Of a stretch of DNA of 64,000 bases, positions 1 through 9,044 are shown in pieces (position 1 is the stretch's first letter; the number at the start of each line of letters is the position of its first letter). The notes under the pieces are model-generated. The model ran no database searches. It saw only the letters and a program-made list of their open reading frames with translations, and was not told the DNA's origin. The stretch is from positions 1-64,000 of the forward strand of contig CAJODQ010000006.1 of the NCBI GenBank assembly GCA_905233345.1, in the 5' to 3' direction. The DNA is from an uncultured Bacteroidales bacterium. GTDB taxonomy: Bacteria > Bacteroidota > Bacteroidia > Bacteroidales > UBA932. Position numbers and translations under genes: made by a program.

Positions 1-2273
1 CCGCCGAGCGTGACACCGTTCTTGAGGGTGTAGAAAAGGCCGCCGTCCACGATGAAGGTCGCGGGGAGATAGATGTTGTCGGTGATGTTTGTATACCGCT
101 TGTCGGTATAGTTGCCGTTGATGTGGAACGAGAGGTTCTTCAGGGCACCCGTCATGATGGTGTAATCGGCGAAAGCGTAGAAGGTCGTGCGCGGGAAGTT
201 GGTGGCGCGCAGGTTGATTGTACCGTCTTCGTTATAGGTGACCCATGTGGCGTCTTTCGGAATCCAGTCAAGGTAGCTGGCCACGGTACGCATGTCCGAA
301 ACGGCAAGGCCACTGGTGAATTGGAAGCCCTGGAAAGGACGGAGGGTCAGATCGAGGTCAACGCCTTTTGAAGTCTGCTTGCCCACCTGGGCGCGGACGC
401 TCTTGTTGACGACGGACCCGTTTTCTTCGACAGGTTTGTTGCCGATGGTCCTGACAACGTTGTATTTCCGGATGTAGAATACGCTGGCGTTGACGTCAAG
501 CCATTCTGCCAATTCGTAGCGTACGCCGAACTCTCCCTGATAACCCTTTTCCGGCTTGAATACTTCTCCGCCGGCTTCGTCAGGATTGAATTCGTTGCCG
601 TTACGGTCGATGTAAATGTAATTGGGGTTATAGACCGTGGTGTTGGGTTTGAAATAATTGGCCACGGAGCCATAGACCGAAAGGGGTTCCACCGGCTGCC
701 ATACCAGTCCAAGTTTATAAGTCAGCGCACCGGTACGGGTCTCTTTCCATGCGGCGCGGTCGGCTTCTTCATAATGTTGCCTGCCGTCCTTGATGGTGGC
801 TGAAGCATTCTGGTAGTGATAGAAATCGTACCGGAGTCCCACCATCGCTTTGAGTTGCTTGCTGAATGCGATGACATCATGAAGATAGACGCCATTCGTG
901 ATGTAGTTGCGGATAGCCGCAGCCGAAACCTTGCAGTCCCACCAGTCCCGCACTGTGTGAGGATCCTTGAGCGAAACGATTTCACCAAGGCCGGGACCCC
1001 AGACATCGTCTTTGTTGTAACCGTTGTACTGGGTATAGTTGAAGAACTGATAGGTCCAGCCGAAGTTGTAGTTGTGATTCAGGTTTCCGGTATTGAACTT
1101 TCCGCCCAGTTCCAGGACATTGGTGTAGTTGTGACTGTCGGGGTTGAAGCAAAGCGGAGAGCCTGACTTGACGTTTTCAAGGTCGATGTAGGTCGTGGCA
1201 CCGTTGCGGGCGTTGATGTAATACCAGTCATAGACCGGCTGGGTGCTTGTAGGATAGCTTACGTTCTCGACGCACCAGTAATCCAGATTGCTGTGACCGT
1301 AGTTGAAACGTTCGCGAAGCGTCATCCAGTCAGTGATCTTGTGGGTATAGTTGAGCGAGACATCTATGACCCGGCGCTGCATATGGTTGTTGGCATTGTC
1401 GTTGAGAGACAGGTCGTAATCGAAGAACGGGTTGCGTTCACCGCTCTTCTTGAAGATCTGGCCACCGGCCGTATAGACGTCTCCGGGCATGACCGGGGCT
1501 CCGCCGATGTCAGTGGTGTACCGGTCGTCGTTGAAAGAAACGACGCCTTCAAGGTATCCGTTGTCCGTAATTGCTGTCCCCAGGGTGAACAGGCCGCTGA
1601 AATTGTTGACGTTCACTTCGCGATAACCGTCGCCGTTGGCGTAGTGCACGTGTGCACGGTAGTTGACAGGCCCGATCAACTTGCCGCCGAAACCGACTGT
1701 CGCTTCTTTCTGGTTCCAGCTGCCGAGGCTGATGCTGGCGTTTACGGTCTGCTGCGGTGAGGCTTTCTTGCGCACGATATTGATGACACCGCCCATTACG
1801 GAGTGGCCGCTGAGCACGGACGAGGGGCCCTTGAGCACTTCGATGGATTCCACCGAAGAGAGGTCACTGAACGGAACGTTGTTGATCAGGGAACGCTCGT
1901 CACGGATGCCGTCCACGGCAATGACTGCGTCTGTAGTTCCCCGGATGCTGTAGCGTTTGAATGCGCCGAGTTGGTCGGATGTCTGTACGACGCCCGGCAG
2001 ATATTTCACGGCGTCTTCAAGTTGCAGGATATGGTTGCGTTCCAAAGTCTTTGCTTCTATGCGGCTGACCGTGATCGGAAGGTCCTTGATGGGAACGTCG
2101 AGGTTGAGCAATTTTACCTGGTTGTCCTGCAGGGGACGATAATAATAATCATAGATCGCTGCGCTGTCAAGCGAAAACACGGAGTCGACCATGCTTCTTT
2201 GGCGCTCCGGCTGTTGAGCCGATGCTGTGATGGCGCACAAGGCACAGATTGTAAACAGAATGGTTTTTTTCAT
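1..2273 (-). CDS. TonB-dependent receptor (siderophore/corrinoid-type); partial, C-terminus lies beyond the window start
   Basis: Not in the ORF track because it has no in-window stop. Reverse-complement translation from the ATG at 2273 gives MKKTILFTICALCAITASAQQ... (signal peptide), then the plug-domain segment ...LDVPIKDLPITVSRIEAKTLERNHILQLEDAVKYLPGVVQT.... The frame stays open to position 1. It lies 3 nt downstream of the PepSY gene, in the classic PepSY/TBDR operon arrangement. Confidence 0.85.
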   Translation of the reverse strand, partial: MKKTILFTICALCAITASAQQPERQRSMVDSVFSLDSAAIYDYYYRPLQDNQVKLLNLDVPIKDLPITVSRIEAKTLERNHILQLEDAVKYLPGVVQTSDQLGAFKRYSIRGTTDAVIAVDGIRDERSLINNVPFSDLSSVESIEVLKGPSSVLSGHSVMGGVINIVRKKASPQQTVNASISLGSWNQKEATVGFGGKLIGPVNYRAHVHYANGDGYREVNVNNFSGLFTLGTAITDNGYLEGVVSFNDDRYTTDIGGAPVMPGDVYTAGGQIFKKSGERNPFFDYDLSLNDNANNHMQRRVIDVSLNYTHKITDWMTLRERFNYGHSNLDYWCVENVSYPTSTQPVYDWYYINARNGATTYIDLENVKSGSPLCFNPDSHNYTNVLELGGKFNTGNLNHNYNFGWTYQFFNYTQYNGYNKDDVWGPGLGEIVSLKDPHTVRDWWDCKVSAAAIRNYITNGVYLHDVIAFSKQLKAMVGLRYDFYHYQNASATIKDGRQHYEEADRAAWKETRTGALTYKLGLVWQPVEPLSVYGSVANYFKPNTTVYNPNYIYIDRNGNEFNPDEAGGEVFKPEKGYQGEFGVRYELAEWLDVNASVFYIRKYNVVRTIGNKPVEENGSVVNKSVRAQVGKQTSKGVDLDLTLRPFQGFQFTSGLAVSDMRTVASYLDWIPKDATWVTYNEDGTINLRATNFPRTTFYAFADYTIMTGALKNLSFHINGNYTDKRYTNITDNIYLPATFIVDGGLFYTLKNGVTLG

Positions 2274-2275
2274 AC

Positions 2276-3694
2276 TTAGATGCTATTATTAGGTCTGATG
2301 TGTTTCTTTCTGAACAGTTTCCTGATACCGCGGACAATCCATTTGACGCTGAGCACGATACCGGTGACGGAAAGTGCTGTACCGCCGATCATCAGTGTGT
2401 ACATGACTATATTCCATAGCCACGGGCGGTCGGTAAGGAACTTGAAGTCCAGTGTATGGAGTTTGTGGTAGAGCCAGTTGCGGGTGCGGGTGTCATCGTC
2501 GAACCGACGGGTTTCCAGGGTGACGGGATTGTAGTACCAGCGGGTGTGCATATAGTCGTCTACGATGACGCGGTATACGGGAAGCGAGGTTTCAGTGACT
2601 TTTCGTGTATGATAGTCGCGGTCGAATTCGTCAATCAGCTCGACTGTGTAGGGAATGCTGTCGCGGTACTGCCGTTCCATATCGAGGCGTACCATGTCTT
2701 CAGTGATGACAAAGGGGCTGACCCCGTCTGCCTGGGCATCGATGAATACGCGCTCCGTCGGTGTAATAGTCAGGGTATAATATGGATGTCCTCTGAATTC
2801 GCTCCAGGCTATAGTCCGGGTATCCGGATAGGCTGCCAGTGCTGTTCTGTAGTCCAGTGTGTAAAGGCCGGGATCCAGATAGCGGGATTCGCCGCGACGT
2901 CCGCCGGGCGGCCCGTTCCGCTGCTCGGTTTTCGGCGCTTTCTTCAAGAATTCCGGCATGTCAGCCAGCGACATCATGCCGCTGAAGGCGAAAGTAATGG
3001 CAAAAATGCCGAAAGAGAAACCGAGGATGTAGTGCCAGTTATACCACTTCTTCTTATAAGGGGCCGCCTTTTTTTTGCTCTTGACGGCCACGCGGATGGC
3101 CAGGACGAAACCCAGGATTACCATGATGCAACCTATGCCGGCCGCCCATTTCACTGAGTTCAGCCAGAGTTGCTGCTCTTGCCGGAGTTTCGTGAAATAG
3201 ACCCAGTGGGGTATGGCGCCGACCCAGGCCCACACGCGTTCTTTGTGCGAAGTGAACTGCAGCACCCGGCCTGTCTTGGAGCCCAGATAAAGCTGATGCC
3301 GCTCCGGATCGTCAAAATGATACTTGTAGATTGGAAGCTCTTCCCGGTTGCGGCCGAAAGGAATCCATTGGTCCAGCTTTTTCAGCGTGTCGATACGTGC
3401 CACCGGCGCTGTGCACCAACTGCGGAGGGTGGCTTCAAGGGTGTCTTCGACGGGCGTGAACGTCCGGGCGGAAATCGTCCGGTCCCGTTGATTGGCAAGT
3501 ATTTCCGGAAGAATGTCCGTGTCGGGCAGTTCCACGGTGACGAGCGGAGGCAACAACGCCAGCTGCTTGTCAGCGGACGCACGAGGGAAACCGTGATATA
3601 TCATCACGATACCTGTGGAGAACCATAGGAAGAACAATCCACACAACAATACTCCCAGCAACTTGTGCAGGAAAGAAAGTATTTTGTACAACAT
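2276..3694 (-). CDS. PepSY-associated TM helix domain protein (PiuB-like)
   Basis: 472-aa ORF. N-terminal TM helix MLYKILSFLHKLLGVLLCGLFFLWFSTGIVMIYHGF, then internal and C-terminal TM helices typical of the PepSY_TM family. Co-operonic with the TonB-dependent receptor. Confidence 0.85.
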   Translation of the reverse strand: MLYKILSFLHKLLGVLLCGLFFLWFSTGIVMIYHGFPRASADKQLALLPPLVTVELPDTDILPEILANQRDRTISARTFTPVEDTLEATLRSWCTAPVARIDTLKKLDQWIPFGRNREELPIYKYHFDDPERHQLYLGSKTGRVLQFTSHKERVWAWVGAIPHWVYFTKLRQEQQLWLNSVKWAAGIGCIMVILGFVLAIRVAVKSKKKAAPYKKKWYNWHYILGFSFGIFAITFAFSGMMSLADMPEFLKKAPKTEQRNGPPGGRRGESRYLDPGLYTLDYRTALAAYPDTRTIAWSEFRGHPYYTLTITPTERVFIDAQADGVSPFVITEDMVRLDMERQYRDSIPYTVELIDEFDRDYHTRKVTETSLPVYRVIVDDYMHTRWYYNPVTLETRRFDDDTRTRNWLYHKLHTLDFKFLTDRPWLWNIVMYTLMIGGTALSVTGIVLSVKWIVRGIRKLFRKKHIRPNNSI

Positions 3695-3721
3695 GTTTTG
3701 GAATTAAATTCCACGCATACG

Positions 3722-3896
3722 TGAAACAGCACTGACCCGGCGCTTTTCCACCTTATTGCAGACAGGCAGGTCTTCTGACTCGTTCCGCCTCAAGCGTCTT
3801 CCCGGCAAAAGCCAGTGACACAAGAATGCTTGAGGCTTCAAAGGAACATACAGCAGCGGGCACTGCTCCGGATTCACACCGGATTCCCTATTCTTT
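3722..3896 (-). promoter_or_regulatory. Cobalamin (AdoCbl) riboswitch in the 5' leader of the PepSY/TBDR operon
   Basis: The reverse complement contains GGGAATCCGGTGTGAATCCGGAGCAGTGCCCGCTGCTGT ... GTCACTGG ... and the B12 box GAGTCAGAAGACCTGCCTG. It is near-identical to the riboswitch at 17155-17300. It ends ~30 nt before the ATG of the PepSY gene at 3694. Confidence 0.8.
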
Positions 3897-3934
3897 CTCC
3901 ACCGTGGTCACGGCTTCGAACACCTGTTTGCGGA

Positions 3935-3975
3935 GGCAAAAGTAGCATTTTTGGTGCGAAAAAACAAAGGTGAAT
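3935..3975 (-). promoter_or_regulatory. Putative Bacteroidetes sigmaA promoter (-33 TTTG / -7 TAnnTTTG) for the riboswitch-PepSY-TBDR operon
   Basis: Minus-strand reading ...caccTTTGttttttcgcaccaaaaatgcTACTTTTGcctcc... has a TTTG and a TAnnTTTG spaced ~20 nt, immediately upstream of the riboswitch. Confidence 0.4.
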
Positions 3976-4278
3976 TCAATTTAGAAGTGCAACACACTTC
4001 AAAAGTCTGTGGATTCCATTGAAAAGTATAAGGCGATCCATAGGAGGTGCGCGAACAAGTATATGGCCCCTCAGGTTTCTTTCGCAGATGACTATACCGC
4101 CTATTTTTGGCCAGGAAATAAGAAAGTCAGCGTGTTTTACTACAAAGCCAAAGAAACAACCGCCGCATAGACCAATTATTATGAATAGGCGGTGACCAAA
4201 AGGTGACCAAATCTTGGGGATACAAAAAAGAAGACTTTGTATAGTGCTTGAAAATCAGCAACTTACAAGGTCTTCTTG

Positions 4279-4362
4279 TACCCGGAGCCGGGGTCGAACC
4301 GGCACAGCCTCGCGGCCACTGGTGTTTGAGACCAGCGCGTCTACCGATTCCGCCATCCGGGC
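4279..4362 (-). tRNA. tRNA-Leu (anticodon CAA), class II with long variable arm; CCA not encoded
   Basis: Reverse complement GCCCGGATGGCGGAATCGGTAGACGCGCTGGTCTCAAACACCAGTGGCCGCGAGGCTGTGCCGGTTCGACCCCGGCTCCGGGTA. It has a 7-bp acceptor stem, D-arm GCGGAATCGGTAGACGCG (near-identical to E. coli tRNA-Leu), anticodon loop CTCAAAC giving CAA, a long variable arm, and T-loop GGTTCGACC. Confidence 0.9.
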
Positions 4363-4402
4363 CAATCGTAGAGGGTGCAAATGTATGGATTATTGCGCAA
4401 TT

Positions 4403-5185
4403 TTACAAATTTGCCTTTGCCCAGGCGTAGATCAGGAAGTTCTTGTCCGAACCCCAGGCTTCGCGGTACAGCCGGCCCACTTCCGCCAGCCAGGCCTGTG
4501 AGCGCTCGCCGTCGTCGCTGCGCCCCACTTCCGCCGTGCCGCCCGCATCGTAGTACATCTCCCGCGTGGTAGAGCAGATCCGCGCATAGCGGCCCGTATT
4601 GGGCTTCAGCTGATCGTTGGTCAGCGTCAGATAGTATTCCAGCATCTCGTCCGTAGGATGTTTCTCGCGCGTCAGCCAGGTCGAATCGGCCACGTAAACT
4701 GTGACGCCGTCCTTGAACACGTAGGGCTCGTAGAAGCCCGCCGTATACATATCCTCGTACACCACGCCGGAAACCGGAAACTGCGCGCCGCTCTGCCAGC
4801 GGATGAACGCGCACACCTTCTCGATGTCAGCCGGATCCAGCGCCCCCGTGGCGTCGTACACCGCATTGACCACCCAGCGTGCCAGCTGCTCCGGCGAAGG
4901 ATTCAGCATGTAGACAAGGCCGCGCTTCGGCGCACCCAGATAGATATCCTTCCCTGTGTAATACTCCCAGAGCTGGACGGGATAGCCTTCCCAGCCCGGC
5001 AGGTCATCGCGTTCGTCCAGCAGTTTCTCGGCCATGTAAGCGGCCTCCAGCACCGTCGAGCAGCGCGCAGTCAGGGTCGCGAGGGAATCGCGGTAATACC
5101 CTTGGACCACCGGGTCGAGCTTCGGCCCGCGGTCGCAGCTGACCAGCAAAACGAGGGTCAGCAGCAGAAAGAAGTATCTTTTCAT
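4403..5185 (-). CDS. hypothetical lipoprotein (signal peptide + lipobox LLVSC)
   Basis: 260-aa ORF MKRYFFLLLTLVLLVSCDRG.... No recognisable catalytic motifs. Follows aroC on the same strand. Confidence 0.65.
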   Translation of the reverse strand: MKRYFFLLLTLVLLVSCDRGPKLDPVVQGYYRDSLATLTARCSTVLEAAYMAEKLLDERDDLPGWEGYPVQLWEYYTGKDIYLGAPKRGLVYMLNPSPEQLARWVVNAVYDATGALDPADIEKVCAFIRWQSGAQFPVSGVVYEDMYTAGFYEPYVFKDGVTVYVADSTWLTREKHPTDEMLEYYLTLTNDQLKPNTGRYARICSTTREMYYDAGGTAEVGRSDDGERSQAWLAEVGRLYREAWGSDKNFLIYAWAKANL

Positions 5186-6135
5186 AGCATCAGATCGGCA
5201 AAGACACAGGCCGTGACGGCCTCGACAACGGGCGGCACGCGCAACGCGAAACAGACGTCGTGCCGGCCGGGGACGGAATAGTCGACCAGGGCACCCCGGG
5301 TGAAATCGAAGGTACGCTGCGGCTTGCGGATGCTCGGCGTCGGCTTGGCGGCGATGCGGAACACCACGGGATTGCCGTTGGTGATACCGCCGTTGATGCC
5401 GCCGGCCCCGTTACGGGCCGTATGTCCGGCCGCGTCGATAATCGGGTCGTTGTGCTGCGATCCTGTCATCCGGGCCGCCGCGAAACCGTCGCCGAACTCC
5501 ACCCCGCGGATGCCGGGAATGGAAAACAGCGCGTGTGCCAGCAGCGACTCCATGGAATCGAAGAAAGGCTCGCCCAGCCCCACGGGAACGCCGGTGCAGC
5601 GACATTCAATGATGCCGCCCAGCGAATCGCCTTCGCGGATCGCGGCGTCGAGCCGCTCCCCAACCGCCGCCGCATCGGCGAAATCCACACCGCCGACCTC
5701 CAGCAGCCGTGCTTCCACCTGGATGGGCGCGATCAGCTTCTTGGCCACCACGCCAGCTGCCACCAGCGGCAGGGTCATGCGGCCGGAGAACCAGCCGTTG
5801 CGCAGGGAACCATACTTGGCCAGCGACACGAAATCGGCGTGGCCGGGCCGTGGAATGTCGGTGAAATCACGGTAATCGCCGTCGCGATAGTTGCGGTTGG
5901 CGAAAGTAATGGTTAGTGTGCCGTCGCTCGCGCGCCGGTCGTCGATGTCCGGCAGGTCCGCCTCGATGCGGGGCGTGGTGCCCTTGGCGCCGCTTTTGCG
6001 GCGCAGCAGGTCCGCGCGGAAGTCATCGGCATCGAGCGGCAGCGCGGCAGGAACGCCACGGAGGGTAACACCCACATTCGGCGCATGGGACGCACCAAAA
6101 ATTTCGAGCTGGAAGTGTTGGCCGAAAGTATCCAT
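5182..6135 (-). CDS. aroC: chorismate synthase
   Basis: 317 aa. N-terminus FGASHAPNVGVTLRGVPAALPLDADDFRADLLRRKSG matches the chorismate synthase signature region. Glycine-rich C-terminal motifs are present (GAGGINGGITNG). Confidence 0.9.
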   Translation of the reverse strand: MDTFGQHFQLEIFGASHAPNVGVTLRGVPAALPLDADDFRADLLRRKSGAKGTTPRIEADLPDIDDRRASDGTLTITFANRNYRDGDYRDFTDIPRPGHADFVSLAKYGSLRNGWFSGRMTLPLVAAGVVAKKLIAPIQVEARLLEVGGVDFADAAAVGERLDAAIREGDSLGGIIECRCTGVPVGLGEPFFDSMESLLAHALFSIPGIRGVEFGDGFAAARMTGSQHNDPIIDAAGHTARNGAGGINGGITNGNPVVFRIAAKPTPSIRKPQRTFDFTRGALVDYSVPGRHDVCFALRVPPVVEAVTACVFADLML

Positions 6136-6138
6136 ACG

Positions 6139-8103
6139 TCAACGCTTGAGTTGATGGAAAATGTCGAGGAATTCGGGGAAGGACTTGGCGACGCAATCTG
6201 TGTCGTCGATCTTGACAGGTCCTTCGGCGTAAAGCGAAGCCACCAGCAGGGCCATAGCCAGGCGATGGTCGCCGTGCGAGGAGACCGAAGCGCCGAATAG
6301 CCGGTGGTTCTCGTGGCCGTAGATGATCATCTGGTCGCCCGAGGAAGCCGTCTGGACACCCATTTTTCGGAATTCCTCGGCAAAACTGGTGGCCCGGTTG
6401 CTCTCCTTGTTCTTAAGCCGCTCAATACCTACGATTACGCTCTCCCCCTCCGAAAAAACGGCCAACAGGAACAGCGGCGCAAAGAGGTCGGGCGCATCGG
6501 TGATGTCGAAGAAGAAGGGCCGCAGGATGGACTTGCGCACGGTCAGGGTACGCTGGTTGTCAGACACTTCCACGTCCACATTGTTTTCCTTGAAAAGGTC
6601 GTAGATGGCGGCGTCGGACTGGCAGGAATAGGGATCCAGGCCACGAACCGTGACTTCTCCGGCTATGGCGCCGGCCGTCAGGACCATGGCGGCAGCACTC
6701 CAGTCGCGCTCCACCTCCAGCCCCTGCACGGGTGTAATCTGCTGCTTCGGTTCGATGTACCAGGTGCGTTGCAGGAGTTCTTCCACATCCACGTCTTCAT
6801 CCCTCGGCTGGGCTTCTTTCGATAGCTCAGGGCACTCATAGCCCGAAAGCCCGAAGAACGAGGCGATGTAGGTGGTCAGACTGATATACGGTTCGCTGGT
6901 CACATTTTCGATGAGGATGGAGCTCTCCTCGTCGCACTGCGAGAGGGCGAGCAGCATGCCCGAGATCATCTGCGAGCCTTTGTGTCCGGAGACCGTCACG
7001 TCGCCCGGGTGCAGCTGACCCTTGACCCGCACGGGAAGATGGCTGCGGTCGGTAAATTCAAGCCTCAGGCCGAGCTCGCGCAGGGCTTCGCGGTGGTCGT
7101 CGAGCCGGCGGCGCAGCAGGGTCTTTTCGCCCGTGATGAGGATGTCTTCCCGGGCCAGGCCCGCGAGCGGAATGCAAAGGCGCGCCAGCAGGCCGGATTC
7201 GCCTACAAAAAGGGTATTGTCGCGGACGCGGAGCCCGTCGCGGCGGATATTCTGATGCCCTTCGATCGTAAGGGTCGTCCCGTCGAGGGTCACGTCGGCG
7301 TAGAGCGCTTCCGCCACCCGCATAGCAGACGACACGTCTTCGCAGAGGGTCACGTTGTAGAGCTTGGTGGTGCCGGTGGCCAGGGCCGCCAGCAGGATGG
7401 CGCGCTGGGCGAAACTTTTGGAGGCGGGGAGGAAAGCCTCACCGCGGAGTTTGATGGCGCTTTCGGGCAGCAGGTCGAACCAGCTGGGCTGGCCCGGTGC
7501 CGTTGCGCTGGCCCGGGTGGGCGCCACAAACAGGAAGGGCGCGCCCTTTTCGAAAGCGGCAAAGCGCGAAGCGCGGCCCGCTTCACCCATGGCAAAGGCC
7601 AGGAGTTTGCCGGGCGCAAAGTGCTCGTAGAGCGAGAGTACCGTGGCGGCATCTTCCGGCCGCTGCGCCGTGGTAACGATCTTGATGATGTCGGCACCCG
7701 TCTGACGGGCCTGTTCGGCCAGTTCCAGCAGGCGCTCCCGCGAATCGGTATCGTTGTAGTTGTGCCACGATACAATGACCCGGGTGCCATGGTTGAGCGC
7801 CAGGTTCATCAGCCACTGCCGGGAATTCTCCGGAAAGTCGAGCGGAACGTCGATGTAGTCCGCCCCGGCCAGCACGGCGGTCGTGAGCATCTGGGCCGCA
7901 TGCTCCACCTGGGAAGGCAGCGACACATGGCAGGTGGCAATCAGTTGCGATTTCCGCTCACAGGAGAAGATGTCGCGGATTTCGGCTTCGTCGAAGTCGT
8001 TCTCATCGAGCCGCACCTCAACGGCGTCATTGGGCCGGATTTCGGCCAGGAAGCGGCAGTACGAAGCGCTGGCCTGCTTCAGGCTGTAACAGATTCTTCC
8101 CAT
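6139..8103 (-). CDS. aroD/aroA: bifunctional 3-dehydroquinate dehydratase (type I) / 3-phosphoshikimate 1-carboxyvinyltransferase (EPSP synthase) fusion
   Basis: 654 aa. The N-terminal ~220 aa show type I DHQase features (VEVRLDENDF..., ...GADIIKIVTTAQRPEDAATVLSLYEH with the catalytic Lys in IKIV). The C-terminal ~430 aa are EPSP synthase (LPASKSFAQRAILLAALATGTTKLYNV, the LPGSKSxSNR-like motif). Confidence 0.85.
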   Translation of the reverse strand: MGRICYSLKQASASYCRFLAEIRPNDAVEVRLDENDFDEAEIRDIFSCERKSQLIATCHVSLPSQVEHAAQMLTTAVLAGADYIDVPLDFPENSRQWLMNLALNHGTRVIVSWHNYNDTDSRERLLELAEQARQTGADIIKIVTTAQRPEDAATVLSLYEHFAPGKLLAFAMGEAGRASRFAAFEKGAPFLFVAPTRASATAPGQPSWFDLLPESAIKLRGEAFLPASKSFAQRAILLAALATGTTKLYNVTLCEDVSSAMRVAEALYADVTLDGTTLTIEGHQNIRRDGLRVRDNTLFVGESGLLARLCIPLAGLAREDILITGEKTLLRRRLDDHREALRELGLRLEFTDRSHLPVRVKGQLHPGDVTVSGHKGSQMISGMLLALSQCDEESSILIENVTSEPYISLTTYIASFFGLSGYECPELSKEAQPRDEDVDVEELLQRTWYIEPKQQITPVQGLEVERDWSAAAMVLTAGAIAGEVTVRGLDPYSCQSDAAIYDLFKENNVDVEVSDNQRTLTVRKSILRPFFFDITDAPDLFAPLFLLAVFSEGESVIVGIERLKNKESNRATSFAEEFRKMGVQTASSGDQMIIYGHENHRLFGASVSSHGDHRLAMALLVASLYAEGPVKIDDTDCVAKSFPEFLDIFHQLKR

Positions 8104-9044
8104 AGCGTGGCTTGGCCGATGGTTTGGGGGAGTACGTATTTCAGGGTGTCTCCGGTGCGTTTCTTATCCTGGAGGATGGCTGCGCGCAACTCGGCTTCCG
8201 GCACGGGCGGTTCCACGGGCAGGCCGCAGGCGGCGATGTCGCGGCGGATGCGCTCCGCCTCTTCGGGCTGCAGGAGTCCCTTCTCGCAAGCCATCCGGGC
8301 AGCCATCACGATGCCGATGGCCACCGCCTCGCCATGTTCGTACTGCGAAGAGCATTTCTCGATGGCATGGCCGAAGGTGTGCCCCAGGTTGAGCAGCTGG
8401 CGGACGCTGTGATCTTCCGGATCCTGCTCCACCAGCGCGTATTTGATCTCGCCGGCACGGCGGACCAGGTGTTCCGGCACGTGTTCCGGGGTCGGACCGC
8501 TGAACACCCGCACGGCTTCCTCATAGGCTTTTGCGTCGGCCAGGAGGAAGGTCTTGAGCATCTCCGCAGCGCCGCAACGCAGTTCGCGCGCCGGCAGCGT
8601 CTGCAGGAAGTCCGTGTCGATATACACGAACTCGGCCTGGCGGAACGTGCCCACCATGTTCTTGTAGCGGTCGAAGTTCACGCCGTTCTTGCCGCCGATG
8701 GCGGCGTCGACCTGGGCCAGCAGGGTCGTGGGGACCAGGCCGAAGCGGAGGCCGCGCTTGTAGATGGCGGCCACGAAGCCGGTGATGTCGGTGGTGATGC
8801 CGCCGCCCACACCGATCAGGAAAGTATCCCGGTCGGCTTGCAGCGCCAGTAATTCGGAAATTAGGCGCTCCACCGTGGCGAGGGTCTTCTCCTGTTCGGA
8901 GGCGTTCAGCCAAAGGATGGGGCAGCCCCACGCGTCGAGCCGGCCGCTGTCGCGGAAGCAGGCATCGGCGATCAGGATGGTCCCGGTGCGGGGAAAAAGG
9001 TCGGCCACACGGCCGTATGTGATGTTATTTCTCAAGGTCTTCAA
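8079..9044 (-). CDS. aroB: 3-dehydroquinate synthase (start uncertain; TTG at 9044 or 9035, or GTG at 9008)
   Basis: Contains GVGGGITTDITGFVAAIYKRGLRFGLVPTTLLAQVDAAIGGKNGVNF and the metal-binding HTFGHAIE / HGEAVAIG motifs of AroB. The track ORF (to 9239) runs 214 nt into the upstream gene, and that extension (RPACAVTFSAV...) is low-complexity. There is no in-frame ATG near the expected start. Confidence 0.8.
   Translation of the reverse strand: MKTLRNNITYGRVADLFPRTGTILIADACFRDSGRLDAWGCPILWLNASEQEKTLATVERLISELLALQADRDTFLIGVGGGITTDITGFVAAIYKRGLRFGLVPTTLLAQVDAAIGGKNGVNFDRYKNMVGTFRQAEFVYIDTDFLQTLPARELRCGAAEMLKTFLLADAKAYEEAVRVFSGPTPEHVPEHLVRRAGEIKYALVEQDPEDHSVRQLLNLGHTFGHAIEKCSSQYEHGEAVAIGIVMAARMACEKGLLQPEEAERIRRDIAACGLPVEPPVPEAELRAAILQDKKRTGDTLKYVLPQTIGQATLWEESVTA

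Noticed and set aside
4190-4212. Short tandem direct repeat GGTGACCAAAA-GGTGACCAAAT upstream of tRNA-Leu
   Set aside because: Only two copies of 11 bp in a non-coding spacer. No flanking integrase or att-like symmetry. It is too small to interpret.
4214-4501. tRNA-Leu locus considered as an integration site for a mobile element
   Set aside because: Flanking genes are housekeeping (aroC, a lipoprotein, the PepSY/TBDR operon). No integrase, transposase, direct repeat of the tRNA 3' end or compositional shift is present.
6982-8412. Long antisense ORFs opposite real genes, for example 6982-8412(+), 8764-10248(+), 14620-15960(-), 20720-21784(-), 24130-25275(-), 28680-30434(-), 31112-32707(-), 36150-37643(+), 38952-40748(+), 44221-45789(+), 46784-47917(-), 48056-49318(-), 51314-52339(-), 53276-54460(-), 57630-59417(+), 60562-61413(+)
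   Set aside because: They are GC-rich shadow frames. Their translations are low-complexity (Arg/Ala/Gly/Pro-rich) with no recognisable motifs. Each fully overlaps a gene with clear family signatures on the opposite strand.
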